This document shows, one piece after another, positions 17,009-24,184 of a stretch of DNA of 41,176 nucleotides. How positions within the stretch are numbered: position 1 is the first letter of the stretch; every line of letters begins with the position of its first letter. The notes beneath the pieces are model-generated. The model saw nothing but the letters and a program-made list of their open reading frames with translations, had not been told where the DNA came from and did no database searches. The translations under genes and the position numbers were made by a program. Source of the DNA: a virus (taxonomy: Duplodnaviria; Caudoviricetes); IMG/VR virus record IMGVR_UViG_3300022930_000011, positions 1-41,176 of that record, one strand, 5' to 3'.

Positions 17009-17301
17009 AATCTATTTATTTTAGTTGCCAAACAATTTTTCAAATGTAAATATTCTTTTTCCTGCTCGTCATTCATTCCCAGGCACGTTGCATAAATACC
17101 CTCTTTTGCTTCTTTTTCTACAATCATTTTGTGAATTCCCTTGATTGCTTCGTGTTCTTTTTTAAATTCACGTATCTCTTCTCTTAATGATTCGATTATA
17201 AGCTCTTCGGGTGTCAGTTCCTTTTCTTCGTAAACCTCTATTTGGTTTGCAGGGTGCAATGGGTTTTCGATTCCTGTTGTTTGATCGTCGTATGTTTTCA
17301 T
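17005..17301 (-). CDS. Hypothetical protein (98 aa)
   Basis: ORF track; NPLHPANQ motif; ATGA overlap. Confidence 0.75.
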   Translation of the reverse strand: MKTYDDQTTGIENPLHPANQIEVYEEKELTPEELIIESLREEIREFKKEHEAIKGIHKMIVEKEAKEGIYATCLGMNDEQEKEYLHLKNCLATKINRL

Positions 17302-17303
17302 AA

Positions 17304-17528
17304 TTAATCAAGTGTTATAATTACACTTTCTACATTTTTTATTTGAACTAAATCTAAATCTATTGAATCTTTAAATTTTTGTCCTTTTTTAAAAACAAAT
17401 TGAGTAGAACAAATATCGCATTCGCTAAAAATATTCCAAAATTCTTCCATAATAGTTTTGTTTTCCAAATCTTCGGAATCAATATTTTTTAATTCTTTTC
17501 CGTTTGTGCTTTTTATTATAAATATCAT
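17304..17528 (-). CDS. Hypothetical protein (~74 aa)
   Basis: ORF track; ATG at 17528. Confidence 0.65.
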   Translation of the reverse strand: MIFIIKSTNGKELKNIDSEDLENKTIMEEFWNIFSECDICSTQFVFKKGQKFKDSIDLDLVQIKNVESVIITLD

Positions 17529-17530
17529 AA

Positions 17531-17680
17531 TCAATACTCTTTATTAAGGTTAGACAATGGCTTGTCGAAATTCACGTCGTACGGTCTTATGCTTTCCAAA
17601 GACTTCTTAAGCCTTGCGTTTTCCTTTTCCAATACCTCTACACGGTAGATGAGGTATAATTCGTTGTCTGTTGGTTTCAT
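17531..17680 (-). CDS. Hypothetical coiled-coil protein (49 aa)
   Basis: Manual translation MKPTDNELYLIYRVEVLEKENARLKKSLES... Confidence 0.6.
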   Translation of the reverse strand: MKPTDNELYLIYRVEVLEKENARLKKSLESIRPYDVNFDKPLSNLNKEY

Positions 17681-17919
17681 AATTTAGTTTGTTTTAGTAG
17701 TTCTTTAAATTCTTCAAGGGTTATTTCTTGGTCCGTATTGAATTTTTGTTTTACTCCGTTAAATATTTTAATATATTTGTGCCTATACAGATAAAAAGGA
17801 AGACCTAGGTTAAAAACAAATTTTCCTAATGGATAGCCTTTTTCTTTACAAATATTTATCACTGACTCTCTTTTTTCTTCATTATCAATGAATAAAACCT
17901 TATTTTCAAATTTTTTCAT
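17677..17919 (-). CDS. Hypothetical protein (80 aa)
   Basis: Ends EITLEEFKELL, like the domains within 7382..8368. Confidence 0.7.
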   Translation of the reverse strand: MKKFENKVLFIDNEEKRESVINICKEKGYPLGKFVFNLGLPFYLYRHKYIKIFNGVKQKFNTDQEITLEEFKELLKQTKL

Positions 17920-17921
17920 AA

Positions 17922-18161
17922 CTATACTATTTTTACGTTTTTCAATTCAATATACATTCCATATTCCCAGCCTTGCAAATCGACTGATTTTTCTCCCGTA
18001 AGCTTTGCGTATTTGCTTACCATTTCCAATCCGTTCAATCTTCTGTAATCCCGACTAAGAATATCTTGTCTAACTCCTGCTTCATCTGCAAGTTTTTTTC
18101 TTGTGCCAAAAGGATATTTTAAATCTACCCAGTTTTGAAATGTGTTTTTTTTGTCAGACAT
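17922..18161 (-). CDS. Small Cro-like helix-turn-helix protein
   Basis: TRKKLADEAGVRQDILSR resembles an XRE/Cro HTH. Confidence 0.6.
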   Translation of the reverse strand: MSDKKNTFQNWVDLKYPFGTRKKLADEAGVRQDILSRDYRRLNGLEMVSKYAKLTGEKSVDLQGWEYGMYIELKNVKIV

Positions 18162-18163
18162 AA

Positions 18164-18541
18164 TTAATATTTTTGTAAAAGATTATCTATCCTATTTTCT
18201 TCTTGTTCTTCACAGGTTTTTTTAAATAAATTCGATTTATTTTCTAATAAATCTTTTTCTTTTTCAAATTCTTCAATAAGTTTATAAAAGTCTTCTTGCC
18301 ACTTTCCTTTATGCAACCATCCATAAACTTCTGTCCAACCTCTTTGACCTGAAATAACGTCATAAACTGTTACTGCATTTTTATTAAGACAAGGATTTTG
18401 ACTTCCATTTGCTATCGCTAATTCTCCGTCAGGCAAAACTTGTATTCTTAAAGTATTGCCTCTTGCGTGGGAACCACTTGTAATATACAATTTGCCGTAT
18501 TGCCCAGTTTTAAATAAATGTGCTTTTTCTGCTCCTTTCAT
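18164..18541 (-). CDS. Hypothetical protein (125 aa), first gene after an early promoter
   Basis: ORF track. Confidence 0.8.
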   Translation of the reverse strand: MKGAEKAHLFKTGQYGKLYITSGSHARGNTLRIQVLPDGELAIANGSQNPCLNKNAVTVYDVISGQRGWTEVYGWLHKGKWQEDFYKLIEEFEKEKDLLENKSNLFKKTCEEQEENRIDNLLQKY

Positions 18542-18572
18542 AATAAATATTTTTTGTTGTTATTAACTTGTA

Positions 18573-18622
18573 CAAATATACAACTATTATTTACTTGTGC
18601 AATTGTAAAAGTGTTAAAGTTT
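18573..18622 (-). promoter_or_regulatory. Early promoter with the upstream box in inverted orientation
   Basis: TATATTTG 18573-18580; TTG 18600-18602; box 18612-18622. Confidence 0.8.
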
Positions 18623-18629
18623 ACAAAAT

Positions 18630-18655
18630 AAAAAACCCACTCTCTCGAATGGGTT
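18630..18655 (-). terminator. Intrinsic terminator
   Basis: AACCCAUUC-GAGA-GAGUGGGUU plus U run. Confidence 0.8.
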
Positions 18656-18702
18656 AAATTCAACCAATAAAATATTATGAAAGAATAAAGTTAATGATTA
18701 TT

Positions 18703-18927
18703 TCAAGAACCTGATGCTGTTTCATAATTTTTTTCTGACTGGTCTACCAAAGTGTTTTCCTTAATTGATTTTTGGATGGGTCTTAATTTCAAAGGAACTC
18801 TTATGTGGTCATATCCGTTTGTAGGATCATTTCCTTTCCAGTTTGGGTCTTGATAAGAAATATGGGCAAATGATCCCTCTTCCGTTGTTTCAATGTGATA
18901 CACTTCTACGTTTACTAAATTTTTCAT
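18703..18927 (-). CDS. Hypothetical protein (74 aa)
   Basis: ORF track. Confidence 0.7.
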   Translation of the reverse strand: MKNLVNVEVYHIETTEEGSFAHISYQDPNWKGNDPTNGYDHIRVPLKLRPIQKSIKENTLVDQSEKNYETASGS

Positions 18928-18944
18928 TTATCTGTTTTTAATTG

Positions 18945-19346
18945 TTATTTAATTGACATCACAATCCCGAAAACCAAGGCCAATCCGGTTGTTATCTTCC
19001 AAAACGTGTTTCCTGCCTTTTTACGGCTCAAATCGTCTTCAAGGTTACTTATAATCTTGTCCGAGTTTGAAAGCCTTGAATCCTTTGATTTTACCAATGA
19101 TTCGTAGGTTTCAATCTGTCCGTTGAGGTTGTCGGTTTCGTGTTCCTTATTTTGTATTATCTCGGATTGGGTGTTGAGCTGAAGTTCCAAATTAACGACT
19201 TGCTTTTCCAGGTAATCCTTTTCGACCAAATCTTTCAAGACAAGCCTAGCCGTTTCAATGGGAAGTTCTATCTTGGTGGTATCTTTTTGCGAATGCATCA
19301 ATAACGGTAGCATAATCATAGCTGTCAATAGTTTTCTTTTTAGCAT
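18945..19346 (-). CDS. Signal-peptide, coiled-coil, C-terminal TM protein; spanin-like candidate
   Basis: Hydrophobic N-terminus, heptad-rich middle, FWKITTGLALVFGIVM; overlaps the upstream gene by 92 nt. Confidence 0.6.
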   Translation of the reverse strand: MLKRKLLTAMIMLPLLMHSQKDTTKIELPIETARLVLKDLVEKDYLEKQVVNLELQLNTQSEIIQNKEHETDNLNGQIETYESLVKSKDSRLSNSDKIISNLEDDLSRKKAGNTFWKITTGLALVFGIVMSIK

Positions 19347-19641
19347 TTTTTTCTATTGTTATGGTTTTGTATTCTGTTTTTTGGTTTGATAGTTTCGACT
19401 CTAAAGCTGTATTATTAATTCTAAGGCGGTTTAATGAATCTTTCAACAATATTATCGAATTCTCGTCTTTGCGTTCGTTAGAAAGCAACATTTCGTTTGC
19501 TAATTTTAGTTTGGAGTTTTCTAATTCCATAGATTCTGATTTTGGAACTGAAAAAAATAATATATACGATAGCATAACCAAAATAAGCAACCACAAATAA
19601 GCTTCCGTTTCGTCGATTGAAAATGTGAATTGCTTTTTCAT
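19255..19641 (-). CDS. N-terminal TM plus coiled-coil protein; i-spanin (Rz)-like candidate
   Basis: YLWLLILVMLSYILFF followed by a coiled coil. Confidence 0.6.
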   Translation of the reverse strand: MKKQFTFSIDETEAYLWLLILVMLSYILFFSVPKSESMELENSKLKLANEMLLSNERKDENSIILLKDSLNRLRINNTALESKLSNQKTEYKTITIEKNAKKKTIDSYDYATVIDAFAKRYHQDRTSH

Positions 19642-19914
19642 TTAGTAAATGTTATGTTGATTGTCAATTTCAATTTGTTCTTTAGACCGTGCTGATTTGT
19701 TGACTATTTCAACCCATTCTTTCCCATCAAACAAAGTGTCACACTTCCAGTCTTCGAAACATTCTCTTTCGGGTTCTGATTTGGCGTACGCCCTTACCTG
19801 TCCATCGACTATTTGAAAATAATCACCTTCCACATAATCTATTGCGTGAGGCACGTATCTTATAGCCGTGCCTTTTCTGTAACCTCTTTTTCGTGCTTCT
19901 TGAATTAAGTCCAT
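19642..19914 (-). CDS. Hypothetical protein (90 aa)
   Basis: EARKRGY-KG...EWVEI pattern. Confidence 0.75.
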   Translation of the reverse strand: MDLIQEARKRGYRKGTAIRYVPHAIDYVEGDYFQIVDGQVRAYAKSEPERECFEDWKCDTLFDGKEWVEIVNKSARSKEQIEIDNQHNIY

Positions 19915-19915
19915 T

Positions 19916-20089
19916 TTAATGATTTATTTTAAATATGTTTATAGGATTAGGTCTCCATAGATATTTTGAATTTAAATATAATTTATTGGAAAGCACATCC
20001 TCACGGTACTCATTTGATATTCCAATATGATTCCAATTAAAAAAAGTTCCAAGTGGACAAATTATGATTGTGTTTTTTAAATCAACCAT
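19916..20089 (-). CDS. Hypothetical protein (57 aa)
   Basis: Manual translation MVDLKNTIIICPLGTFFNWNHIG... Confidence 0.45.
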   Translation of the reverse strand: MVDLKNTIIICPLGTFFNWNHIGISNEYREDVLSNKLYLNSKYLWRPNPINIFKINH

Positions 20090-20091
20090 AA

Positions 20092-20286
20092 TTACAATCG
20101 TTTCTTTTTCTCTATTTCTATTTCATTGTCCAATGCTTCCATTTCTGCGTTGTACTTTCTCAATGAGGCATCTTCTCTATCTTTTTGCTTTTGCTCCGTT
20201 CTGCAATCAATCAGGAATATAATTGAAAATCCCAAACCAACGGCACACATTAAAGGAAACAAGTCGAATGAAATTAAATCTGCCAT
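20092..20286 (-). CDS. Small single-TM protein (64 aa)
   Basis: LFPLMCAVGLGFSIIFLI followed by a charged tail. Confidence 0.7.
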   Translation of the reverse strand: MADLISFDLFPLMCAVGLGFSIIFLIDCRTEQKQKDREDASLRKYNAEMEALDNEIEIEKKKRL

Positions 20287-20289
20287 TTT

Positions 20290-20478
20290 TTAATTTTTTA
20301 AATATTCGTCGATTATTGAAACAAGTATGTGTTTGTTTAAATGGCAGTCCAATGGCAATTTTAAATCCACAGAATTCAATTCTATTATTTTTTTGTCAAA
20401 TATTGACAATACCTTTTCAACATCCATTTCAGGATATTTTGTTTGTAACATAATAATAAACTTTTCTTTTGCATCCAT
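20290..20478 (-). CDS. Hypothetical protein (62 aa)
   Basis: ORF track; first gene after leader element 2. Confidence 0.7.
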   Translation of the reverse strand: MDAKEKFIIMLQTKYPEMDVEKVLSIFDKKIIELNSVDLKLPLDCHLNKHILVSIIDEYLKN

Positions 20479-20498
20479 AATAAATATTGTTTAAATCG

Positions 20499-20574
20499 AA
20501 AAACTCCCAATACCAGCGGTGGTAGTCGCATAGCATTGAGAGTTCTCATTAATTTTGTTTCGGCTACCACTCCG
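20499..20574 (-). ncRNA. Putative structured leader RNA / attenuator (kissing-loop terminator) 2
   Basis: CGG-AGUGGUAG-CCG mini-hairpin; long terminator stem 20502-20544 with loop ACUACCAC plus U run; 7-nt loop-loop complementarity. Confidence 0.65.
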
Positions 20575-20579
20575 TTATG

Positions 20580-20587
20580 CAAATATA
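20580..20587 (-). promoter_or_regulatory. -7 promoter element
   Basis: TATATTTG; no clear -33 element. Confidence 0.6.
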
Positions 20588-20609
20588 GGAATTATTATTA
20601 AATAAAGTA

Positions 20610-20634
20610 GCCCTTGGCAAATCAATGCAAGGGC
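20610..20634 (-). terminator. Hairpin with UUGAUU loop, weak-terminator-like
   Basis: GCCCUUGCA-UUGAUU-UGCCAAGGGC followed by UACUUUAUUU. Confidence 0.55.
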
Positions 20635-20661
20635 ATTAGTTTGAAAACATTTCGGTTTAAA

Positions 20662-20669
20662 CAAATATA
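20662..20669 (-). promoter_or_regulatory. -7 promoter element
   Basis: TATATTTG. Confidence 0.55.
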
Positions 20670-20678
20670 CAAAAACAT

Positions 20679-20717
20679 AAAAAAACCGATTTCTCCTTTT
20701 TACATGGAATCGGTTTT
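20679..20717 (-). terminator. Intrinsic terminator downstream of the endolysin
   Basis: AAAACCGAUU/AAUCGGUUUU stem plus U run. Confidence 0.75.
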
Positions 20718-20745
20718 AAAACTAAACTTATTATATTGGATTGGT

Positions 20746-20753
20746 CAAAGATA
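20746..20753 (-). promoter_or_regulatory. Possible -7 promoter element
   Basis: TATCTTTG just after the endolysin stop. Confidence 0.45.
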
Positions 20754-20765
20754 GTTAAAATTATT

Positions 20766-21140
20766 TTACCACCTTGCTTTTTTTCCTCTTCTGTCATAAT
20801 GCACGAACCCCTTGTATATTCCGATTCCTCCCTGTTCCATTTTATTTGAGGCAATCAGTTTTTCTATTTCCGAAGCCAATTGTTTCGGAGTGAATCCGTC
20901 TGCATTTATGTCGGCAGCGTTTGCATAAAGATGCTGGCTGTTCTTCGCCCCTTTTACCTTTTCGTTGTGGCTTGGAGTTCTGTAACCGCTTCCCGTAACT
21001 CTTATAGGTACTTTCAAATGGTCACGCAACACTTGAAGATTTTCCGCTACCTTTAGGCAATTTTTCATATATTCTAAAGGCACTTTAGTTCCGTCCTTGC
21101 AGTCAAATTCTTTTGAGTTGAAATTTTTTGTCAATTGCAT
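20766..21140 (-). CDS. Endolysin, peptidase M15A family
   Basis: LTKNF..KEF-CKDG, SGYR...HN..V-GA-NSQH...AADI, GIGIY..FVH-D-RG..ARW. Confidence 0.92.
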   Translation of the reverse strand: MQLTKNFNSKEFDCKDGTKVPLEYMKNCLKVAENLQVLRDHLKVPIRVTGSGYRTPSHNEKVKGAKNSQHLYANAADINADGFTPKQLASEIEKLIASNKMEQGGIGIYKGFVHYDRRGKKARW

Positions 21141-21142
21141 AA

Positions 21143-21334
21143 TTATCTGTTTTTATTTTTTATAGTGTCTTTGCTAACTCCAAAAGTGACATTGAATTTG
21201 TTTTTTGTCAATCGGTAATCAGCTTCAATCAATTTATCTTTTTTCACTTCATCGATTATCTTTATGTCAGGAGTAGATCCCGTGACCAGGCTTCCCAAAA
21301 ATATAGTCCCCAATATCCAACTAAGGTTTTTCAT
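21143..21334 (-). CDS. Small membrane or secreted protein (63 aa) in the lysis cassette
   Basis: Hydrophobic N-terminus; adjacent to the endolysin. Confidence 0.6.
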   Translation of the reverse strand: MKNLSWILGTIFLGSLVTGSTPDIKIIDEVKKDKLIEADYRLTKNKFNVTFGVSKDTIKNKNR

Positions 21335-21336
21335 AA

Positions 21337-21705
21337 TTATTTGTTTTTCATCATTGAGATAACGATTAATGCGCTGTCCCTTTGTCTTTCCGCATTTATT
21401 CTGTCCGAATCCTTAATTTCATATTTAGATATCTGTATTCTCATTCTCTCCGTTTCTTCTGATTTAATCGTGTTCAATTCTTTGTTGCAGTTGCTCATTT
21501 CATTCTTAAAGTCATTGGCAACTATCTTGCTTTCTACCCTATAATTTACGTACTGATAAATCAGCAATCCGACCAATGAAAATATAAAAAAGTTTTTTCT
21601 TAAGTTGGATTTTTCCAATTCTGTTTTTCTACTCCACCATCTGTCAAACCTCAGCCATTCGCTTAAAGTGCTTTTTAATACATTTGCGTACTTGAGGATA
21701 TCCAT
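21337..21705 (-). CDS. Single-TM coiled-coil protein (holin/antiholin-like candidate)
   Basis: FFIFSLVGLLIYQYV followed by a coiled coil. Confidence 0.6.
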   Translation of the reverse strand: MDILKYANVLKSTLSEWLRFDRWWSRKTELEKSNLRKNFFIFSLVGLLIYQYVNYRVESKIVANDFKNEMSNCNKELNTIKSEETERMRIQISKYEIKDSDRINAERQRDSALIVISMMKNK

Positions 21706-21857
21706 TTTTTTAATTTAGTTAAGCAGTCCCTTGTGTTTTTGCATTTTTTCCTGAGCCAATTAATCGCCCTGACACTCAAAATCACATCGTAGAAAATAAA
21801 AACAAAAGTGATAATTGTCCATAAAATGCTTTGCCAACTAAATAAAATATCACTCAT
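21675..21857 (-). CDS. Small TM protein (60 aa), holin-like candidate
   Basis: ILWTIITFVFIFYDVIL followed by a basic C-terminus. Confidence 0.55.
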   Translation of the reverse strand: MSDILFSWQSILWTIITFVFIFYDVILSVRAINWLRKKCKNTRDCLTKLKKWISSSTQMY

Positions 21858-22272
21858 CTTTAGGTCTTTTAAATTTCAGAACCAAGATAACCAAAATTAT
21901 GACTGTAAATATTATAAAAGGCTTTGAATATTGTGTTATGTAATTCGTATAATCGTTTGCAAGAATCACATCAATGTCGTAAGCCGTCTTGTTTGGGTTG
22001 CTGAATTTTATGGAGCAAATCCTGAATGCAGAAAACACATCCAGGATGCAAGCAGACAATATCGTTGCATAGCATATTTTTGGGTATATGCTGAATTTTT
22101 TCACGTCCTGATAAACGTATAAAACAAAAAACAAGGCTTCCAAAGAAAATAACACTTCGGAAACCCTGTAATAAAATAACTCCTGAAACGACAACGTCCA
22201 TCCTAAAATATAAAAAACAGGCAGTAAGGCTATGATAAGCTCTTTTCTTGGTATGTTGTCGAATTGTTTCAT
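21850..22272 (-). CDS. Multi-pass membrane protein (140 aa, about 4 TM)
   Basis: Four hydrophobic segments. Confidence 0.75.
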   Translation of the reverse strand: MKQFDNIPRKELIIALLPVFYILGWTLSFQELFYYRVSEVLFSLEALFFVLYVYQDVKKFSIYPKICYATILSACILDVFSAFRICSIKFSNPNKTAYDIDVILANDYTNYITQYSKPFIIFTVIILVILVLKFKRPKDE

Positions 22273-22439
22273 TATACTGGTCTTTTAGGTCTTGGCAATC
22301 CTGAATCCGGCTTACCATCTACTTCCATAAAAACTTCATAATCATTATCTTCTAATTTTACAGCAATGTCATTTAGCAATGAATAATCTGAAGCATCGGG
22401 TGTTTCGTTCAATCTGATTTCTGCAATCTTACCAGCCAT
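22272..22439 (-). CDS. Acidic 55-aa peptide with a Pro/Arg/Lys-rich C-terminus
   Basis: Manual translation MAGKIAEIRLNETPDASDYSLLNDIAVKLEDNDYEVFMEVDGKPDSGLPRPKRPV; TAATG coupling to the next gene. Confidence 0.7.
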   Translation of the reverse strand: MAGKIAEIRLNETPDASDYSLLNDIAVKLEDNDYEVFMEVDGKPDSGLPRPKRPV

Positions 22440-22461
22440 AATAATTGATTTAAGTTAATTG

Positions 22462-22469
22462 CAAATATA
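22462..22469 (-). promoter_or_regulatory. Promoter (-7 element) of the lysis cassette
   Basis: TATATTTG; the expected -33 position falls inside the upstream terminator. Confidence 0.65.
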
Positions 22470-22473
22470 AAAT

Positions 22474-22499
22474 AAAAAAACCATCGGTTAGGATGGTTT
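22474..22499 (-). terminator. Intrinsic terminator after the methyltransferase
   Basis: AAACCAUC/GAUGGUUU stem plus U run. Confidence 0.8.
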
Positions 22500-23163
22500 A
22501 GAATAATTTTGTTTGACCCACGTGATCTTTTATTCTTTTGATTGCGGAATCGTAGTAGTCTTTGTCCAGTTCACAGGCTGTCAATTCAAATCCATAATCG
22601 TGACAGGCTATTGCAATAGAACCTGAGCCTAAATGGGTGTCTAATATTTTATCGTTTTCTTTTGCGTAATTATCCAACAACCATTGATATAATTGAATAG
22701 GTTTTTGGGTTGGATGATATTTTTTAGAAGCAGATGTTTTCCCATCTAAATTGCCATAATAACGATAATCAAATTGTTTTGCTACTTTATTAAAAGAAGT
22801 GTATGCAAGTTCCCCATCGCTAAAATTAGGAACAGGATTGCCTTTAAACCAGAAAATAAACCCTTTACATCCTTGATTCCACAATATTGGGAAGTAGTTA
22901 CCACCCCAGACTATCTGGTTCTTAGATACCCTTATGAGCTCTTTGAAATATCCATCTGTTGGTATTTCATTATCCCAATTTTTTTTACCATTTTTAGTAT
23001 GCCTTTCCTTAGTCTTTATACCAGATCCGCCTCTTTCATAACCTCCAAAACCAATACCATACGGAGGATCTACAATAGCCAAGTCAAAATAATTATCAGG
23101 ATACGTAGCCATTAACTCCATATTGCACTCGTTTGTTATTTTTATTTTATCCGTTATTTGCAT
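22498..23163 (-). CDS. DNA methyltransferase (N4-C/N6-A, beta class)
   Basis: DLAIVDPPYG, HPTQKP, ILDTHLGSGS. Confidence 0.93.
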   Translation of the reverse strand: MQITDKIKITNECNMELMATYPDNYFDLAIVDPPYGIGFGGYERGGSGIKTKERHTKNGKKNWDNEIPTDGYFKELIRVSKNQIVWGGNYFPILWNQGCKGFIFWFKGNPVPNFSDGELAYTSFNKVAKQFDYRYYGNLDGKTSASKKYHPTQKPIQLYQWLLDNYAKENDKILDTHLGSGSIAIACHDYGFELTACELDKDYYDSAIKRIKDHVGQTKLF

Positions 23164-23264
23164 ATAAACACATAAGTTAAGATTAATATTCCAATAACCG
23201 CTATTGCGATTCCCAAGCGTTTCATTGTAGATTCCGCTAGCTTGTCAAGTTCGTTGTTTAGCAT
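23154..23264 (-). CDS. Small TM protein (36 aa)
   Basis: Manual translation MLNNELDKLAESTMKRLGIAIAVIGILILTYVFICK. Confidence 0.5.
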   Translation of the reverse strand: MLNNELDKLAESTMKRLGIAIAVIGILILTYVFICK

Positions 23265-23268
23265 AATT

Positions 23269-23472
23269 TTATTTTTTAAATTCGTGGTTATTGCAACTGT
23301 CGCTAAACTTCATCAAAGAATCCCAAGCCGTTAGCTCTCCATTTTCAAATTTTTCTTTTGGATATTGTTTTTCATCCCAACAATGCAAATAAGTTAGGTT
23401 TGCTATTTTAAATTGAGTTCCTGCGAAAATACAGTTATAGCATTTTTGTTTTTTAGGTTTTGAATTTTCCAT
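23269..23472 (-). CDS. Cys-containing hypothetical protein (67 aa)
   Basis: CYNC...HC...C..H. Confidence 0.7.
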   Translation of the reverse strand: MENSKPKKQKCYNCIFAGTQFKIANLTYLHCWDEKQYPKEKFENGELTAWDSLMKFSDSCNNHEFKK

Positions 23473-23569
23473 AACACTTAATTTTTTAATTTAACCAAAA
23501 ACAAGACTGAAATAATTATTATCAAGTCCTTGAATAGCTGACATCGTGCGTATTTCTTTAGTTTGTCGT

Positions 23570-24031
23570 TCATATCTCGGTTGCTTTTTTTATTAATCTA
23601 ACGCTTTTAAGATGATCACTACGTCTTCTTCTTTCAGAATCAGATAAATTTAATGTGTATCCTTTTTTGTATACACGCTTGTTAGTTAGCTTGGTATGTT
23701 CAGAATGATTTAATACTTGAAGATTTTCTATTCTATTGTCATCTTTAATTCCGTTTATATGATGAACGTCTTCTGACGATAATAATTTCCTGTTCAAGTG
23801 TTTTTCTAAGTAGTATCTATGTTGTTTTACATATTTTTTAATTCCATCAATCCAAACGTGTCCTTGTATATATCCTTTTTTTGATTTGTACCAACTTTCT
23901 TCTTTTCTTCTATGTAAAGAAGTGTTTCCCCTAAAAATATATCCACAAGGTTTACTACAAGTTTTTATCCTATTATTTAGGGGTATAAATAATTTGCAAC
24001 AAACAAGGCATTTTGAACCTTTAAATTCCAT
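23570..24031 (-). CDS. HNH homing endonuclease (HNH_3-like)
   Basis: CLVC...CS..C; HR...E-HL-RKL...EDVHHING-KDDNRIENL....H. Confidence 0.9.
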   Translation of the reverse strand: MEFKGSKCLVCCKLFIPLNNRIKTCSKPCGYIFRGNTSLHRRKEESWYKSKKGYIQGHVWIDGIKKYVKQHRYYLEKHLNRKLLSSEDVHHINGIKDDNRIENLQVLNHSEHTKLTNKRVYKKGYTLNLSDSERRRRSDHLKSVRLIKKATEI

Positions 24032-24033
24032 AA

Positions 24034-24183
24034 CTATTTTGTTTTAGGTGTTTCGTATTCCTTTAGAATTGTGTCGATCTTGTTTTCTATTTCTTGTTTC
24101 TTGGATTCGGGGACTAGTTTCTGGAGTCTTACCGTTTTTTCCCCATACTTTAATTTTCTTCCTGCGTTTCTGTCGTTTGCCAT
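24034..24183 (-). CDS. Small DNA-binding-like protein (49 aa, ribbon-helix-helix-like)
   Basis: Manual translation MANDRNAGRKLKYGEKTVRLQKLVPESKKQEIENKIDTILKEYETPKTK. Confidence 0.6.
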   Translation of the reverse strand: MANDRNAGRKLKYGEKTVRLQKLVPESKKQEIENKIDTILKEYETPKTK

Positions 24184-24184
24184 A

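Noticed and set aside
19340-19356. A AAA AAT slippery-like site in the spanin-like overlap
   Set aside because: The second gene is in the +1 frame and has its own ATG and signal peptide
19624-19636. TGTGAATTGCTTT (and GTTGTGAATTACTTT near 8910) resembling the start of Flavobacterium type II-C CRISPR repeats
   Set aside because: Short, isolated and inside coding sequence; no repeat-spacer periodicity was found
20385-20854. Minus-strand ORFs 20385..20582 and 20657..20854
   Set aside because: They run through promoters and terminators and overlap better-supported genes; the region is better read as regulatory RNA
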